Shown here: one piece after another, positions 11,884-25,290 of the stretch
Layout: each line of letters begins with the position of its first letter
Position numbering within the stretch: the stretch's first letter is position 1
From: Felis catus
Lineage: Eukaryota
NCBI RefSeq assembly: GCF_018350175.1
Contig: NC_058368.1
Span: 41,666,001-41,730,000, forward strand
DNA: 64,000 nucleotides
Direction: 5' to 3'
Program-made: the position numbers and the translations under genes
Notes under the pieces: generated by a model
Told to the model about the DNA's origin: nothing
Database searches by the model: none
Seen by the model: the letters and a program-made list of their open reading frames with translations, nothing else

Positions 11884-12122
11884 TTTCAACGTTTATTTAT
11901 TTTTGGGACAGAGAGAGACAGAGCATGAACGGGGGAGGGGCAGAGAGAGAGGGAGACACAGACTCGGAAACAGGCTCCAGGCTCTGAGCCATCAGCCCAG
12001 AGCCTGACGCAGGGCTTGAACTCATCAGCCCAGAGCCTGACGCGGGGCTTGAACTCACGGACCGCGAGATCGTGACCTGGCTGAAGTCGGACGCTTAACC
12101 GACTGCGCCACCCAGGCGCCCC
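11853..12122 (-). mobile_element. Young Can-SINE (SINEC_Fc) with an internal 33-bp duplication
   Basis: CpG-rich and close to consensus. 17-bp TSD aaaaatcctcatcttta at 11836-11852 and 12123-12139. Confidence 0.96.
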
Positions 12123-12154
12123 AAAAATCCTCATCTTTAAAACGAGGACAATAA

Positions 12155-12370
12155 GGCGCTTCTGGGTGGCTCAGTTGGTTAAATGATTGGCTCTTGATTT
12201 CGGCTTAGATCATGATCTCGCGATTCATGGGGTCAAGCGCCAGGTCAGGCTTTGCAGTGACAGTGTGCAGCCTGCTGAGAATACTCTCTCCCTCTCGGTC
12301 CCTCTCCACTTTGCACACACATGCTCTCTCTCTCTCAAAAATAAATAAACAAACATGTAAAAAAATAAAG
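12155..12370 (+). mobile_element. Can-SINE (older)
   Basis: TSD taaaa(c/t)gaggacaataa at 12138-12154 and 12371-12387. Confidence 0.92.
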
Positions 12371-13186
12371 TAAAATGAGGACAATAAATGTTGCTAAAAT
12401 AAGGTTGTTGAGAAGATTAAAGTAGATAATGCCTGCAAAATGCTTAGGATGGCATTTATATGTTGTTAGTTTTTATTTATTTTGTGATAATCATTACTAA
12501 TGTCGTTACTACTAGGGTATCACAAACACTTGTTTATACCATCTCCAGACTCAGAGAAGTCCCCTCCCAAGAACACAATGACAAATGTCCCCTTCCCCTT
12601 CCTTAAAGAAGGGAAAAAATTGCTCTTCCGAAGCAGGAAAAACAAAAGAATGTTTATACCCTGGTATATTAAATTTCATATATACCTATGATTTTTTAAA
12701 AGTGAAACCAAATGCTTAAATATTTATTTAAATTCACTTTTAAAACCATGCTTGAGCAAGCTCTTAGAAGAGTCTCTATCAGGTAATTTGATGAGAAGTA
12801 TAGCTCCATCTATGGGGAGCCCACCCTATGTTGAGAGCTATGTTAGGCAGTTTACACACATCATCTTGTGTACTTACAATACTTTTTCTATGTAACTATG
12901 AATATCTCTGCTTTTACAGGTCTGACGTTTAGAGTAGCTTATTCATTTTCCTGAGACCACGGGTTTAATGGACTTAAGTTCCTCCTGTTCCCACTGTACA
13001 GAAATGGCTCAACTGTGTAATACATATCTGTAAACATCTATTGAGCTCTATTCTGTACAATGAGCTTCAATTACAGCAGACCTGTGGGACATGGATCGTA
13101 ATTCCCATTACACAAATAAGGACACAGAGAGGCGCTGAGAAATTGGTGATTTGTCCAAGGTTACATTATGTAAAAGGTTTGACACA

Positions 13187-13395
13187 GGGGAGCATCTGGG
13201 TGGCTCAGTCAGTTGAGCCTCTGACTTCTGCTCAGGTCACGATCTCACAGGTTTGTGGGTTTGAGCCCCACATTCATCTCGCTGCCCTCAGTACAGATCC
13301 CGCTTTGGATCCTCTGTCACCCTTTCTCTCTACTCCTCTCCCAGTCATGCTCTCTCTCACTCTCAAAAATAAATAGGTGTTACAAAATTTTTAAA
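13187..13395 (+). mobile_element. Can-SINE
   Basis: ggggagcatctgggtggctcagtcagttgag...ctcaaaaataaata. Confidence 0.9.
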
Positions 13396-14158
13396 AATTG
13401 ACATAGGGTTTGACCTCAGGTTTTCTGGCTGCAAGATGGTCTTCTTGCTTTACAGCAAGACTTCCAGTAGAGGGTTTGGCTGTAGTAATGCTGGGCATGG
13501 ACTGCTGAATAGACATTCCAGGATAAGTTGTGGTTTTTAACCTCAGTATAATTACAATTACATAAAATAATAAATCACAGCCGCCAAATAGCAAAGAATA
13601 AAATTTACACTGCAAACGTCAATTTGGGGGCTTATTACATACGAAGTTAGTTCATAATAGGCTAAACTTCCAATCCACATATTTTTTCTATTTGACTTCT
13701 TTAAAAATATAATCCATATGTCCCAATTTCTTGGGAAAAATAATTAATCAATGTTAAGTTCTCTTTCCCCTTGACTTCTGTACTGCAAATATCATACCTT
13801 ATTGTATCTCATAGTTGAGATGTCAAGGAGTCAATCACCAGAACCCTCCAAAGATTTATTTCAACGAAAAATATTTTTGAATCGATATTTTCAGGGGTCA
13901 CTTTGCCCCTGTACTAAATTCTCTCTATTATGCCAGAGTTTTCACTAAATCACATATGTTTTTTACATCATCTTTATCATATTCACTCTTACCTTCTCAC
14001 TCCTATAATCTAGATTCAGATTGTATTCCACATTCAAGATACCTTAAAATAAAAATGTTTCAAAATAACAATAATTGGTTTGTTGATATTCACATTGTAC
14101 TCACATGTGTTGATATATGGCATTGTGTGATATTGATGGCATTTCTTATAGAGTCTTT

Positions 14159-14369
14159 TTTTTTAATGTTTATTTTTGAGAGAGAGAGAGAGAGAGACAG
14201 AGTGTGAGCATGGGAGCGGCAGAGAGAGAGGGAGACACAGAATCCAAAGCAGGCGCCAGGCTCGAAACTGTCAGCACAGAGCCCGACACGGGGCTCAAAC
14301 TCAAAAACTGTGAAATCATGACCTGAACTGAAGTCGGATGCTTAACTGACAGAGCCACCCAGGCACCCC
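14159..14369 (-). mobile_element. Can-SINE
   Basis: TSD tcttatagagtcttt at 14144-14158 and 14370-14384. Confidence 0.95.
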
Positions 14370-15025
14370 TCTTATAGAGTCTTTGAAAGCAAACCTGTAT
14401 AGATTTTCATAAAAGGCCCAGAAAATTGACATTATTTTACTATTTCATAAAACACATATATATTTATTATTTACTTATCCTCCTCAAAGCAAATGTTTTG
14501 TAGTAATCTATACTTCCTTACAGTGGGAGCCTCCCTATCAGCCTCTCTGCCTCCAGCATTATTCTAGAAGAGGTACAATTAAATACCTTTTCCCTTTTCA
14601 TGCCCTTGTCTGACATAGGCAATTGAATAGGTTTTATTTCAGAATGTATAGTAAAAATAGTCTTATTGAATGGTTATTGCATTCTAGACACTCTTCTAAA
14701 TTGTTGTTTTTTTCTTCTACCTGGTATGTTATTATTTATTTATTTGATTTTTATAACAGCACTATTCAGTAGGCATTATATTATCCTCATTTTACCAGTA
14801 GAGACAAAGGCATTTGTAGTTAAGCAACTTTCCAAAACTCCCTAAGTAGGTAATAAATTGCTAAGTAAGAATTTCAAGCCAGTCCAGTGGCCAAGTAATT
14901 CACTACTACTTTATGTTTACTCAAATGTTCAGTGGTCATATCATGAAGAGGCTTAGGATTTTGAAGTTTCTGGTGAAATCTAGTAGGGACCACTGGGTGG
15001 GTGTTCTGTTCTTTCACAGGAATGT

Positions 15026-15351
15026 TGCTATAGACTGAACGTTTCTGTCCCTCCCAAAATTCATATGTTGAAAGCCAATCCCTAGTGTGATGGTATTTGG
15101 AGGCGGGGCCTTTGGGAGGTGAATAGTGTCCTTATAAGATCCCAGAGAGGTCCTTTACTTCTTCCGCCAATGAGAACACAGTGATAGGACAGTTGTCAAT
15201 GAGCAAGGAAGCAGGTTCCCACTAGATGACAAATCAGCTGGCAGCTGAATCTTGAATTTCCCAGCCTCCAGACCTGTGATAAATAAATGTTAGTTGCTTA
15301 ATCCATGCAGTCTATGATATTTGGGTTATAGCAGGGCAAATAGCCTAAGGA
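15026..15351 (+). mobile_element. MLT1A-like MaLR solo LTR
   Basis: tgctatagactgaacgtttctgtccctcccaaaattcatatgttgaa...gtgatggtatttggaggcggggcctttgggaggtga...cccagcctccagacctgtga. Confidence 0.88.
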
Positions 15352-15914
15352 AGGTATTTTAAAGCTGAAATAAAATGATTTATTTGAAAGCATATTTTAA
15401 ATAATGCAGCACACAGTTTGTTGTAATTAGTAGAATTTTAAATAATAGGTCCTTTCATAAAAGTCACCCTTTATTTTATAAAATTTTGTTTTCAAGTTCG
15501 GTGTTTTTATTCTACTCCTTTTTAATGCAAGCTGATTTTGAGCATTTTGAATAACAAATTGTTTGAAGGTATGTACTGTGCTTTCAAAATAGAATTAGCT
15601 ATTTCCTTTTTGTTTCCCTGTGAATATCTATTTTTAAAAATGTTGAGGATCAAAATAAAAGGTTATTAAAAGAGAGAAAAATCAGGGAAATGAAAAGAAA
15701 AAATTAAAAAGGTGTCTGTAAAAGGAATAGAGTTACCATTATTATACTAACTTGGGCTCTAAATTTTGAGTGTTTTGACACTCCAGAATTACATAATTTA
15801 TTTTACATAATGGAGAAAAATATGCCAATTTTTAAAGAGATGAAAACAGTTTTAAGGCACTGAATTCCAAAATAAATTTGTCAAATGACACCTATTTCAA
15901 GAATATTATATTTC

Positions 15915-16118
15915 TTTTTTTTTTAATGTTTATTTTTGAGAGAAAGAGAGAATGTGAGCCAGGAAGGGGCATTGAGAAAAGGGGGAGGAGAAGAACTGAA
16001 GCAGACTCCATACTGACAGCAGCGAGCCTGATGCGAGGCTCAAACTCATGAACCGTGAGATCATGACCTGAGCTGAAGTCAGACACTCAACCGACTGAGC
16101 TACCCACCCAGGTGCCCC
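15915..16118 (-). mobile_element. Can-SINE
   Basis: Reverse head ...cacccaggtgcccc with a T-rich tail. Confidence 0.9.
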
Positions 16119-17784
16119 AGCATTTCAAAATAAATGTTTCATTTTCACATTAAACCATATTGTGTATAGAGAGTCAGTGTTCATCATCCAGCTGTTAACT
16201 GTGTGGATAGTTAAGAATATACTCAGCGCAAGGGCAAAAGAAAACTGTCTTGTGATCTGATGTCAAAAGGCCAAAGTTAAATTATGTTGTGGCATTGTGA
16301 ATAGCACATCCATTATCTGTATAATATAACTTAACTCTTACTTGTCCGGTGCAACAAACGTAAAGAGACTAACTATGTTCATTTTCCGGGAAAACAAGAT
16401 TTACAGATGTTAAGTAGCAGGTTCAAACTCAGTAAAAAACTGTATCTAGTCAAGTCTATTTACAAAGCCATGTTTTTTCTAATAAAATTTTCCTTCCTTC
16501 TGAAGAGTCAAAAGAGTTGGTGATAGCTGAACCAAGTTTACAAGCGTTAGTAAAATTCCACTGGGTAGAAAGAGACAAAAAGCGTAACCCAGAGAGAGAA
16601 CAGCGTTTGCAAAGCCTCGGGACAGGAGAGGCTACTCAATGACCTGAAAGTTGTTGGTTGTGGGTGAAGTTTGACTAGACTTCTTTTCTGGAACCAACTC
16701 ATGCAGAAAGTTAGCCATTCTCAGAAGTCTGGATTTCATATTGAAGTCATGAGAAAACACTGATGGATTCTCTACATTATGTGGGGAGTGGCAAATAAAA
16801 GAAATGAAAGCTTAAGATAAAATGTGCTGCTAGGATTAGTGACCTAGCTAAAGTCATCATATTCTTGAAATATTTAAAGATGTCACTACCATCTTCCCTC
16901 CTCTTACTAGCAGAGTTCAAAAGTTCAAGTGCAAGAGTAGAGACATTAACTTGTGGAATTGGATAGGATGTTCATAGGATTGAACAGGTATTAAAAGAAT
17001 TTTAAGATAATAGCTATAGAATCTGTAGAGATGTGAGTCAAGTGAATGAAAAGAAGGGAAGAGAAGGCAGGGGTGGATGACACACTGAAAGGTAATTTAG
17101 TAGGATGGTAGGTCAGGCAGAGGTTAAAAGAACTGCTATGTGACCTGAGGAGCACCCAGGTGGGAAACACCAAATCTAAAAGGGAGTTTCTAGCAACACT
17201 CTCCAACCTTTGCCCCACGTAAATCATTGCATTATTACCCTACAATGTAAACACATTTCCTCTGCCTAGAGGAAGAATTTACTACAATGGAATGTTGTGG
17301 GGAGGCATATTAGTCAGGAAACAAATGCAGGGGTATAGGTTATCTCTGGCTGCCAAAGCTATATGCTATTCAAAAATGTTTGGCAAGATAAGCCAAGATG
17401 ATGCGTAGAAATGCCATAGAGTATTGCCTACCAATAATCTCACAAGTTGATTGTTTCTAGGTGATAACAAGTTCTGAGTTGCAGCCAGGGGAATGGGTTG
17501 CTAATTGATATAAGAGTTACCCATACGGACAGCAGAAGTTGACATAAAGAAATAGACAATGAGTAAGGTTATCAGACCTTTTAACAAATTGCGGAGAGCA
17601 ATCTGAATTTGAAAATAATGATGAAAGCCTAAAACAGAAAGTAACAGCAAAAATTTCCTGGGAAGGGTGCAGAGAAATTGATAACCATACAAGACTTTTA
17701 TTGCATGAGAAGTAGAAGAGAAGAACTGCTGTTTTAACACCTGTCACCTCCAAAAGCATTCACACTAATTCTAGTTCTAATGAT

Positions 17785-17985
17785 ACATGTACTGAAGTAT
17801 TTAGAGGGAAGTACATTTTGGAATGCATCAAGGAACAGGATGGTGATGGATAGATGGATAGAGATGTGGTTAAGCAAATATAGTAAAATAGTAGTGGCAT
17901 CAAGGTAGTCATTACACAGGTGTTCACTAAAAATTATTTCACCTTTTCTGTATGCTTGCACACTTTCTTTAAAAATGCTGGGAAA
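17785..17985 (+). mobile_element. Ancient L1 (L1ME-like) 3' end fragment
   Basis: tactgaagtatttagaggg...gcaaatatagtaaaat...ggtgttcact...ttttctgtatgcttg. Confidence 0.55.
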
Positions 17986-18170
17986 GGGGCACCTTGGGGG
18001 TTCAGTCGGTTAAGTGTCCAACTCTTGATTTTGTCTCAGGTCATAGATCAAGCCCTACAGTGGGCTCTGCGCTGAGAGTGCGGGGCCTGCTTGGGATTCT
18101 CTCTCCTTCTTTCTCTGCCCCTCCCTTCTCACGCTCTCTCTCAACATAAACTTTAAATTAAAAAAAAAAA
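17986..18170 (+). mobile_element. Can-SINE with a short internal deletion
   Basis: ggggcaccttgggggttcagtcggttaag... TSD-like aaaaatgctgggaa / aaagatgttgggaa. Confidence 0.88.
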
Positions 18171-21100
18171 AGATGTTGGGAATAAACAGATTTAGTGGTG
18201 GTGGAGATATTTGTTTTCTTGTTTTCCCCACTGCAGACCTGGGACATTGCCTAACCATGACATGAGGACATGAGGTTCTAAACCTCCAGTACTGGAAGAA
18301 GTTCCAGTTGTTTTCTCAAAACTCTACATTTTCTTGGGTTCAGAACTTAGCTCCTTTGACCTTGAGCATTATAGCCTTAGTGTAGACTTTTTCAGGTATC
18401 ACAATAATGAGGGCACCTTGGGGAGTGGCCTTCGACAATGTCAAAGACTGTAGATATAATCACAGCAAATCAGGGTGTGAGTGAAGCTATCACGGGAACC
18501 AAGAGGTTAGGCTGGAGAGCACTTCTGTTACACACCCTGGAAGATACTCAGATCTCTTCAGAAGAATCTGACAATGTCAAGAATTCCAGAGGAGTTGAGG
18601 AAAGAGTCACAAAAATACCGATTTATGATTATAAAAAATATGCCTCCTTACTTGGTGTGACTTGGGAATCACTACTTATAAATAATTATTCGAAACAGAC
18701 ATGGAGTTGGAAGAATGCTCACAGCTCTGTTCCTTAAGAGTTTTCAACAGGCAATAGAATAATGAGTTGCCCAGAAGAAAAGAGATGATACTGGATGAAG
18801 CTCGGTTTTAACTAAGACTAAAGTTGCAGCAAAGAGAATGTGATGCGATGGGAAAAGTAGGAAAATTTAAATGCACTGAGCTGGGTATCTGAAGCCTTGG
18901 TGCCTAGAACCAGGTGGGAGAGCCTGAAAAGTAGCCAGATCACCCCCAGCAAAACAGGAGCAGAAACACTGATTGGATATGAGGTTTATTTAAAGTCACT
19001 CTTTCCCTCTAGACTCTGAATTTCATGAATGTGGTCCTAAATATCTTCTTCATCTCTTTATTGCCAGCACAAGTTACTGTGTTTAAAACTAGAGCCATAT
19101 TTCCTGTGAAGATAACAAAGCCCTTGGGCTTGAGGGTCCATTCCTTCCTTAGGTACATTCATGGCCCTGGGAGGGCCCCAAGCAATGCATTCGCAAGTTC
19201 ATATATTTTTGTTAAACATTTGCCACTTTGTGAATGGTTCATTCTATAGCCTTTATTAAAGACAGACTCCAAAATTATACACACTTAGGCTCCTCCAAAT
19301 CCGAACCCATCACTGCATCTGATGCAGTAAATATTCAATTAATATTTATGGGATTAATGAATACATAAAAGAGATTTAATGATAAGATTTACAAGAAGGG
19401 ACCTTAGAACTACCTCTAAAACTTGGGGAATGTATCTCAAAAGCGTTCAGCACCTTGCATATATTGCAAAAATGCTTACAATCTTTTCCTAAATATTAAT
19501 TTTTTTTAATCTAAAAATATATATTAATGTTTGGGGAAAGAGGAGAGAGGAACAAACAAAAGTGGAAAATGGGTGTTTTAAACACCTCACTCCAAGAAAG
19601 TCCGCACAAAAGTCTGTGTATTTAAATAAATCAAATAAATGAGACTGAAAATATTGAGCTCTTTTCAGTGAAAGACATAATGGGGCATACATATTTTATT
19701 TTCTCTAATAGCTATCAAGAACAGCCTTAAGCAACTCGTTTTAATTCCAAAACAGATTACAGAAGAAAGTAGGTGGCCACTGGAGAAATAAAATACTAAT
19801 ATAAGGATTTTCAAAATATTTCTAGAAAACAAAAAAGCCTCCGATAAATTGCGTAAACTAACAAAATAATTAAGATACCTTTGGAGAAGTTTTTGGACAA
19901 ACTAATAGGTATTCTTTAAATGTTTCTGAGAAACCAAAGAAAGAAATTGAGAGACACCATATTTGAAAATCTTCACTGAACAGTCCTTTTTCTTTTTTAA
20001 ATAAAGAGAAAAGAAAAAGAAAATAAAGTTGTACCTTAATCCTATTTGTAATGTTCACGTTAAGAGGAGCAGCATTAGGCATATTAATGTGTTTGCTTCT
20101 CCTCTAATTTACGATTCCTTTCCTTCTTTAATGAGATCTGCTCTGCAGCCCATAAAATAATTGTTATGGTAAACTGACTTTTTAAAATTAGCTACACACC
20201 AGTTGGTCCAGAAACCTATTCCTCTAGACCATTCATGCACAAAATACCTTTGTGTGAAACCCTTTCCAAATGTGTAATGACTGGAGTTCGTCCAGAAGTT
20301 TGCCCGCAGAGTCTCTCAGTGGAAACAGCTTTACAATTTCCTTTCCTCACAAGCGTTTCCATGAGGTTCTCTGTCATGAGTGCGTGCTCAGGCCACTTGC
20401 AGGCCGACACCGAAGAAAATACATTCAACCCAAGTGCTGTTTCCAAAGAATGCGGCTTCTTTAACCTGCTGAGATGCTACCTGACCCAGCGTCTGGTGGT
20501 ATGGCACTAACGATGAAGGAGAGACGGATGGAAGATTCTAAAGGGAGCCGGCAGAGTACTCAACTGGAAGGATCTAGCCTGTCCTTGGAGCCATGAACTC
20601 ATTGCTTCATACTCTTACGAACTGTTTTCCCTGTGTTAATTCTCACACTGTGACTGTTGCTCTACCAGAGTGACCCCTGATGGAAGAAGGCGGACAGAGA
20701 AAGGAATGGTTGGCCCTCTTCCTCAAAGGTGGGAAAGAGAGTGACTGTGAGATACCCCATGGATATAGATACAATCTGGTAGGCACGCAAAGTAGTAGAC
20801 AGGGAGGGTTGAGGTGGAGCGGCAGGCTCCTTTCCCACTCACCAGCAGATGCCTAAATCAAAGAGGCTAACAGGGCCGAATGTGTACTAAAGCAGGTACT
20901 GATTAGCATAAATAGTTTTCAAGTGTTCCAATTTGCCTTCATGGAAGCATCCTGCATATCTGGAAGAAAAATGAAGCTTCGCTTTAGAACAATTAATATC
21001 AGTATCTTTTGTAACACTTAAAAACTCTAAGGAAAACTAAACTGAAACAAGGGAAGCTTTAGCATTACTTAGCACATATTACATTATTCTGCTGAATTAT

Positions 21101-21501
21101 TTGCTTCCTTTTATTTTTTCCTTGAGAGCATGATAGTTTAATGTACAAAAGAAGATTAGGAATTCCCCTACCTACACTGGCAAATACAATTCTCTTTAAG
21201 TCTATTTTACTTTTGGCATTTGAATCGAGGACATGAACATTTATTCTTTTTAAAATTTTACAAATATATTAAGAAACTTCTAAGTCCAGGCTTTATTCTG
21301 GGCACTAGAAAGCGAGTAGTGAACAAAGTTGATATACACTGGAAGTTCTCAGCATGGCATACTGCTTATTTTAAGTAAATCCCATGTATTGATAGAACTG
21401 TAGAACTGGTCAATTTGTATTACTTTCTTTTGTATTATTAATCAAATATTTAAGAGACCTGTCCAGTATCAATAAAAATTTGTTTAGAATGCATCACCTC
21501 A

Positions 21502-21713
21502 GGGCGCCTGGGTGGCTCTGTAGGTTAAGCGTCCGACTTCGGCTCAGGTCGTGATCTTGCGGTTCATGAGTTCTACCCTCGTGTTGGGCTCTGTGCTGAC
21601 AGCTCAGAGCCTGGAGCCTGCTTCGCATTCTGTGTCTCCCTCTCTCTCTGCCTCTCTCCCACTTGTGCTCTGTCTCTGTCTCTCAAAAATAAGTAAACAT
21701 TACCAAAACAGAA
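21502..21713 (+). mobile_element. Can-SINE
   Basis: TSD agaatgcatcacctca at 21486-21501 and 21714-21729. Confidence 0.95.
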
Positions 21714-21835
21714 AGAATGCATCACCTCAAGGCATCATTTGCTACTATCACCTAAAATACTGGAAACATCAACCAAGAGGATGGAGTCTGACATGTCTGA
21801 GAGATCAGGGTATAGATATAGAAAAATGTCTCTTT

Positions 21836-22300
21836 GGGGTGCCTGGGTAACTCCATTGGTTAGGCTTCCCACTTTTCATTTTTTATTTCAGTTTTTTATG
21901 TTTATTTATTTTTGAGAGAGAGACAGACAGAGTGCCAGCAAGGGAGGGGCAAAGAGAGAGGGAGACCCAGAATCTGAAGCAGGCTCCAGGTTCTGAGCTG
22001 TCGGCACAGGGTGCAACACGGGGCTCCAAGTCACGAGCCATGAGTTCATGACCTGAGCCGAAGTCGGACGCTCAGCTGACTGAGCCACCCAGGTGCCCCA
22101 AGCATCCCACTCTTGATTTTGGATCAGATCATGATCTCACGCTTGTGAATTTGAGCCCCAGATCAGGCTGTGTGCTAACAGTGAGGAGCCTGCTTGGAAT
22201 TCTCTCTTTCTCTGCCCCTACCCTGTTCACTCTCTCTTTCTCTCTCTCTCTCTCTCTTTCAAAATAAATAAATGAGTGTAAAAAAAAAAATTAAAAAAGA
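21836..22300 (+). mobile_element. Can-SINE (outer) interrupted by an antiparallel SINE
   Basis: Head ggggtgcctgggtaactc at 21836. The body resumes at 22100 (aagcatcccactcttgattttggatcag...). Confidence 0.88.
21877..22099 (-). mobile_element. Can-SINE (inner, nested)
   Basis: Complete reverse SINE with a degenerate TSD aggcttcccactttt / aagcatcccactctt. Confidence 0.92.
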
Positions 22301-22825
22301 AAAAAAACTCTCTGATGAAAACAATTGTAAACAATATTTCCCAGTATATAATGGGGAAGATGACGAACCAAGTTCTTTAGATTTTCTCCAGAGGAACATG
22401 TTTGTTTATACTAAATACAACTCAAAGGAAAACTGTGATTTGTTTTCTGGAAACTTACTTTATGGCCAGTTGCCAAAGAGTAATATAGGTAGTGGACAGT
22501 TCATAAGGAGGAATTGCAAATGGGAGAAGACATAAGGGAGAAAGTGAGATGGCACATAAGCCAGGCCAATATTCGTCTGGGTACATTTTTAAAATACAGG
22601 GAAATATACAAATGAGTAAGGAAGAGATGGCTGCAGCAAGCTACAGACCTTGTAACTCAACCAGGCTCTGTCCAATGGCAGAAGTCAAGAGACAAAAACT
22701 CAGATCTAGAGCCCTCTGTGAAAATAGAATGATTACGGGAAGGACAAAGCCAGATACAAACGGTGAATTCTAAGAGTAAAAGGCAGTGCCATGGGTTAGA
22801 GATAGGCATAGATGATAGAGACCAA

Positions 22826-22828
<3 letters not shown>

Positions 22829-22878
<50 letters not shown>
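22829..22878. repeat. (GA)25 microsatellite
   Basis: Uninterrupted GA run. Confidence 0.97.
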
Positions 22879-22880
<2 letters not shown>

Positions 22881-23669
22881 AAGAATGGTTGAACCAGGCC
22901 GACTATAGGTCATAGTAGCATCTGGAAGAGAAGTGAGTGAACGAGTCAGTGAGCGAGCGAGTGTGTGGGTGTGAGTGTGTGTGTTGTGGGAAGGGGTCCA
23001 AGGAAGGACTAAGACATTTGAGAATTCAGGTGGAGGACAGATCAACATCAGGCTGCATTTAGTTGCAGGTAACAGATATATGCATGGGCAACTGTTCTGC
23101 AAACTGTTACGGTATCCAGACTCCACCCAAGTTCAGCTAATGTAACACTGTAGCTGATCCTTAGGAAAGAAGTGATTTCTTAAGAAATGAAAAGGTTGTA
23201 GTGAGAGATAACAGTTCAATCCCCTTCCTCAATAAATGTAACAAGCGGTGCATTCAAAGGCAAATCTGTAGCATATATAGATTTTCAAAAACTAAAATAA
23301 AATTACCTTCCTCTTTAAAAAGAATTTGTGCCCTCAACAAACAGAGCTTGACATACTTTATAACTGCCTGGAAATAGTCGTGTTTCTCAGCAAAGCACAC
23401 CTGAATCAATTCCTTGTTTAAAATGTTTAAAATGTATTCAATTTAAATGCACATGAAAGGGCATAACAAACTTGTTTCCATTAAAATCAGGTCATGGCAC
23501 AATTTATATTTTTAACTGCACAGAAATGTTAAGTGTTTTATAAAACAGATCATCCGAGAATACAATTGTCGAATGATCCAAGATTGGAACTCTGGCTTTC
23601 TCACAGCTAGAAAGATGGTTAGCGACCACAGAGGCTGGGCATAAAGAGCTACAGGAAGTTCACTTTGTC

Positions 23670-23915
23670 TCCAAACCTTCAAAAATTTCAGTAGTGGATT
23701 CTAAAGTTCAGTTAATGCTAATGGCCAGTCTTTTGTTTCGAATAAAATGAAATGTGGTGAAATATAGCAGGAAAAGAATAACAAATAGAGTACATCACAT
23801 GTAATACATCATGACACTTTTATTTCAGGAGTTCGTTTGGGTATGTGTGCCAGATCACAATGTAATGTGTATTTCTTATTGTGGGTTGGAGTCAAAAAGA
23901 GTTGGATATTACCTG
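23670..23915. mobile_element. hAT-Charlie-like DNA transposon relic
   Basis: agagtacatcacat...tgtaatgtgtatttcttattgtgggttggagtcaaaaagagttgg resembles a Charlie4-type terminus. Confidence 0.4.
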
Positions 23916-25009
23916 GCCTAGAAATGGAAATAGGGAAGAAATGGCCCTATCCTTTTCTTTATATCCTCCTTCAGGCTATATCTCATGATATTTTTCTTTA
24001 TTCAAGTGTTTCATGAATGTTGCTTTTTATCTGATTTCACCTGTATAAAATGTTGGTAGGGAAATATGAGAAACAAGATTTTTTTTTTTTAATATGTGCA
24101 CCTCCCTAGGGATGATTCTGCCAAATAAAATATCCTTCCAAGGACACCTTCTAAAGTTCCAACTTTTAGCATTATTCAAACAGTTAAAACCCAATGAAAA
24201 TGTTGGTATTACCAAGCAGCATTAATGTTTTTGGTTTTCAGTTAATCATGCCACTAAGCCTTGAAGCTCCTGACACATATAAACACCTCATCATTACAAT
24301 TTTAAAACAGCTTTAAAAAAAGAACGCAAATGAGTCAGACTTTTTTTTTTCTTTATCTGCTTCAGGCAATGAAAGAATTTGCTGTGTCTCCATGCGACAT
24401 TTGAAATTTCCCTCATTTAAATTGTCCCAACTTCAAAGCATTTAAAATACAAATCCATCTTCCTTTGGCAGTCTCAATGTCAAAAAGTTATCAAGGGAAC
24501 AAAGCCCACCTTCAGCTTAATAAAAAGATACTTTTTATGAAAGACGTTTCCATTATCTACAGCTAAACTAAATTCTATAAACAATCACCACAATGCTGAA
24601 TTCAAATTACCCTATTTAGAAAAAAAAATTGTCAGAAAATAAGAAATATTAAAAACTCCGTAGAGACATGAAATCAGAAGCGTCAACTCATACTTAATAA
24701 TGCAGCCCCCGGAAACTGCCATATGAAACCACAAAAGCTGTTGGAATAATACAAGAGAGATTGACAATTCTGGCTTCTGTTCTTTCTTCCATGGAACGAA
24801 AGTATCATTACACTTAACGCTCTTCATTTTGGATCTTGGTTTCCTGCTTAGAAAAAGTAACTGAAAATTCACATCACGTCTACTTGCAGTCTGGATAAAG
24901 AGATCTGAATAAAAACTAACATATTTATTTCTAGATTAAATATTATCATTGACTTAACATTTCATAAATAATTTTATTTTCCTGAGCCAAGATGTTGCAT
25001 TCACAACAT

Positions 25010-25290
25010 GATGGTTGTGTAATGTTGGACGAAATAACTTAAATTCTCCCAGCCTCTGTTTTCCTATCTATAAAATGGGCTAATAGTTCTGCTTCACAAG
25101 GTTGCTATGACAATTCAATAGATTAGTAAATGTAAACCACATAATGTAGTGTCTGACATGTAGGAAGTGCTCGGTAATGATCCGATATTATTATTTGCTT
25201 AGATTTTCCATCTTCACATCCTGACTCCGTGGTGAAATTGTGAGGATTAAGCAGGTAACACATTTGAACATTAGGTAAAAGGTGTTATGT
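25010..25290 (+). mobile_element. MIR fragments
   Basis: aacttaaattctcccagcctctgttttcctatctataaaatggg...aaggttgctatg...taggaagtgctcggtaa. Confidence 0.7.

Larger units (their letters stand above)
11790..12450 (+). mobile_element. MIR split by two Can-SINEs
   Basis: tgtgtgatttcaaacaagttacttcacctctctg...tcctcatctttaaaa(c/t)gaggacaata...ggttgttgagaagattaa...gataatgcctgcaaaatgcttag. Confidence 0.75.

Noticed and set aside
20216..20510. Overlapping ORFs in a slightly GC/CpG-richer patch as a possible exon
   Set aside because: No recognisable protein similarity or convincing splice pair. It may be regulatory or an old repeat, but I cannot support a call.
22500..23160. Possible old LTR around the (GA)25 tract
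   Set aside because: The composition is suggestive, but I could not match termini or diagnostic motifs. It needs a Dfam search.
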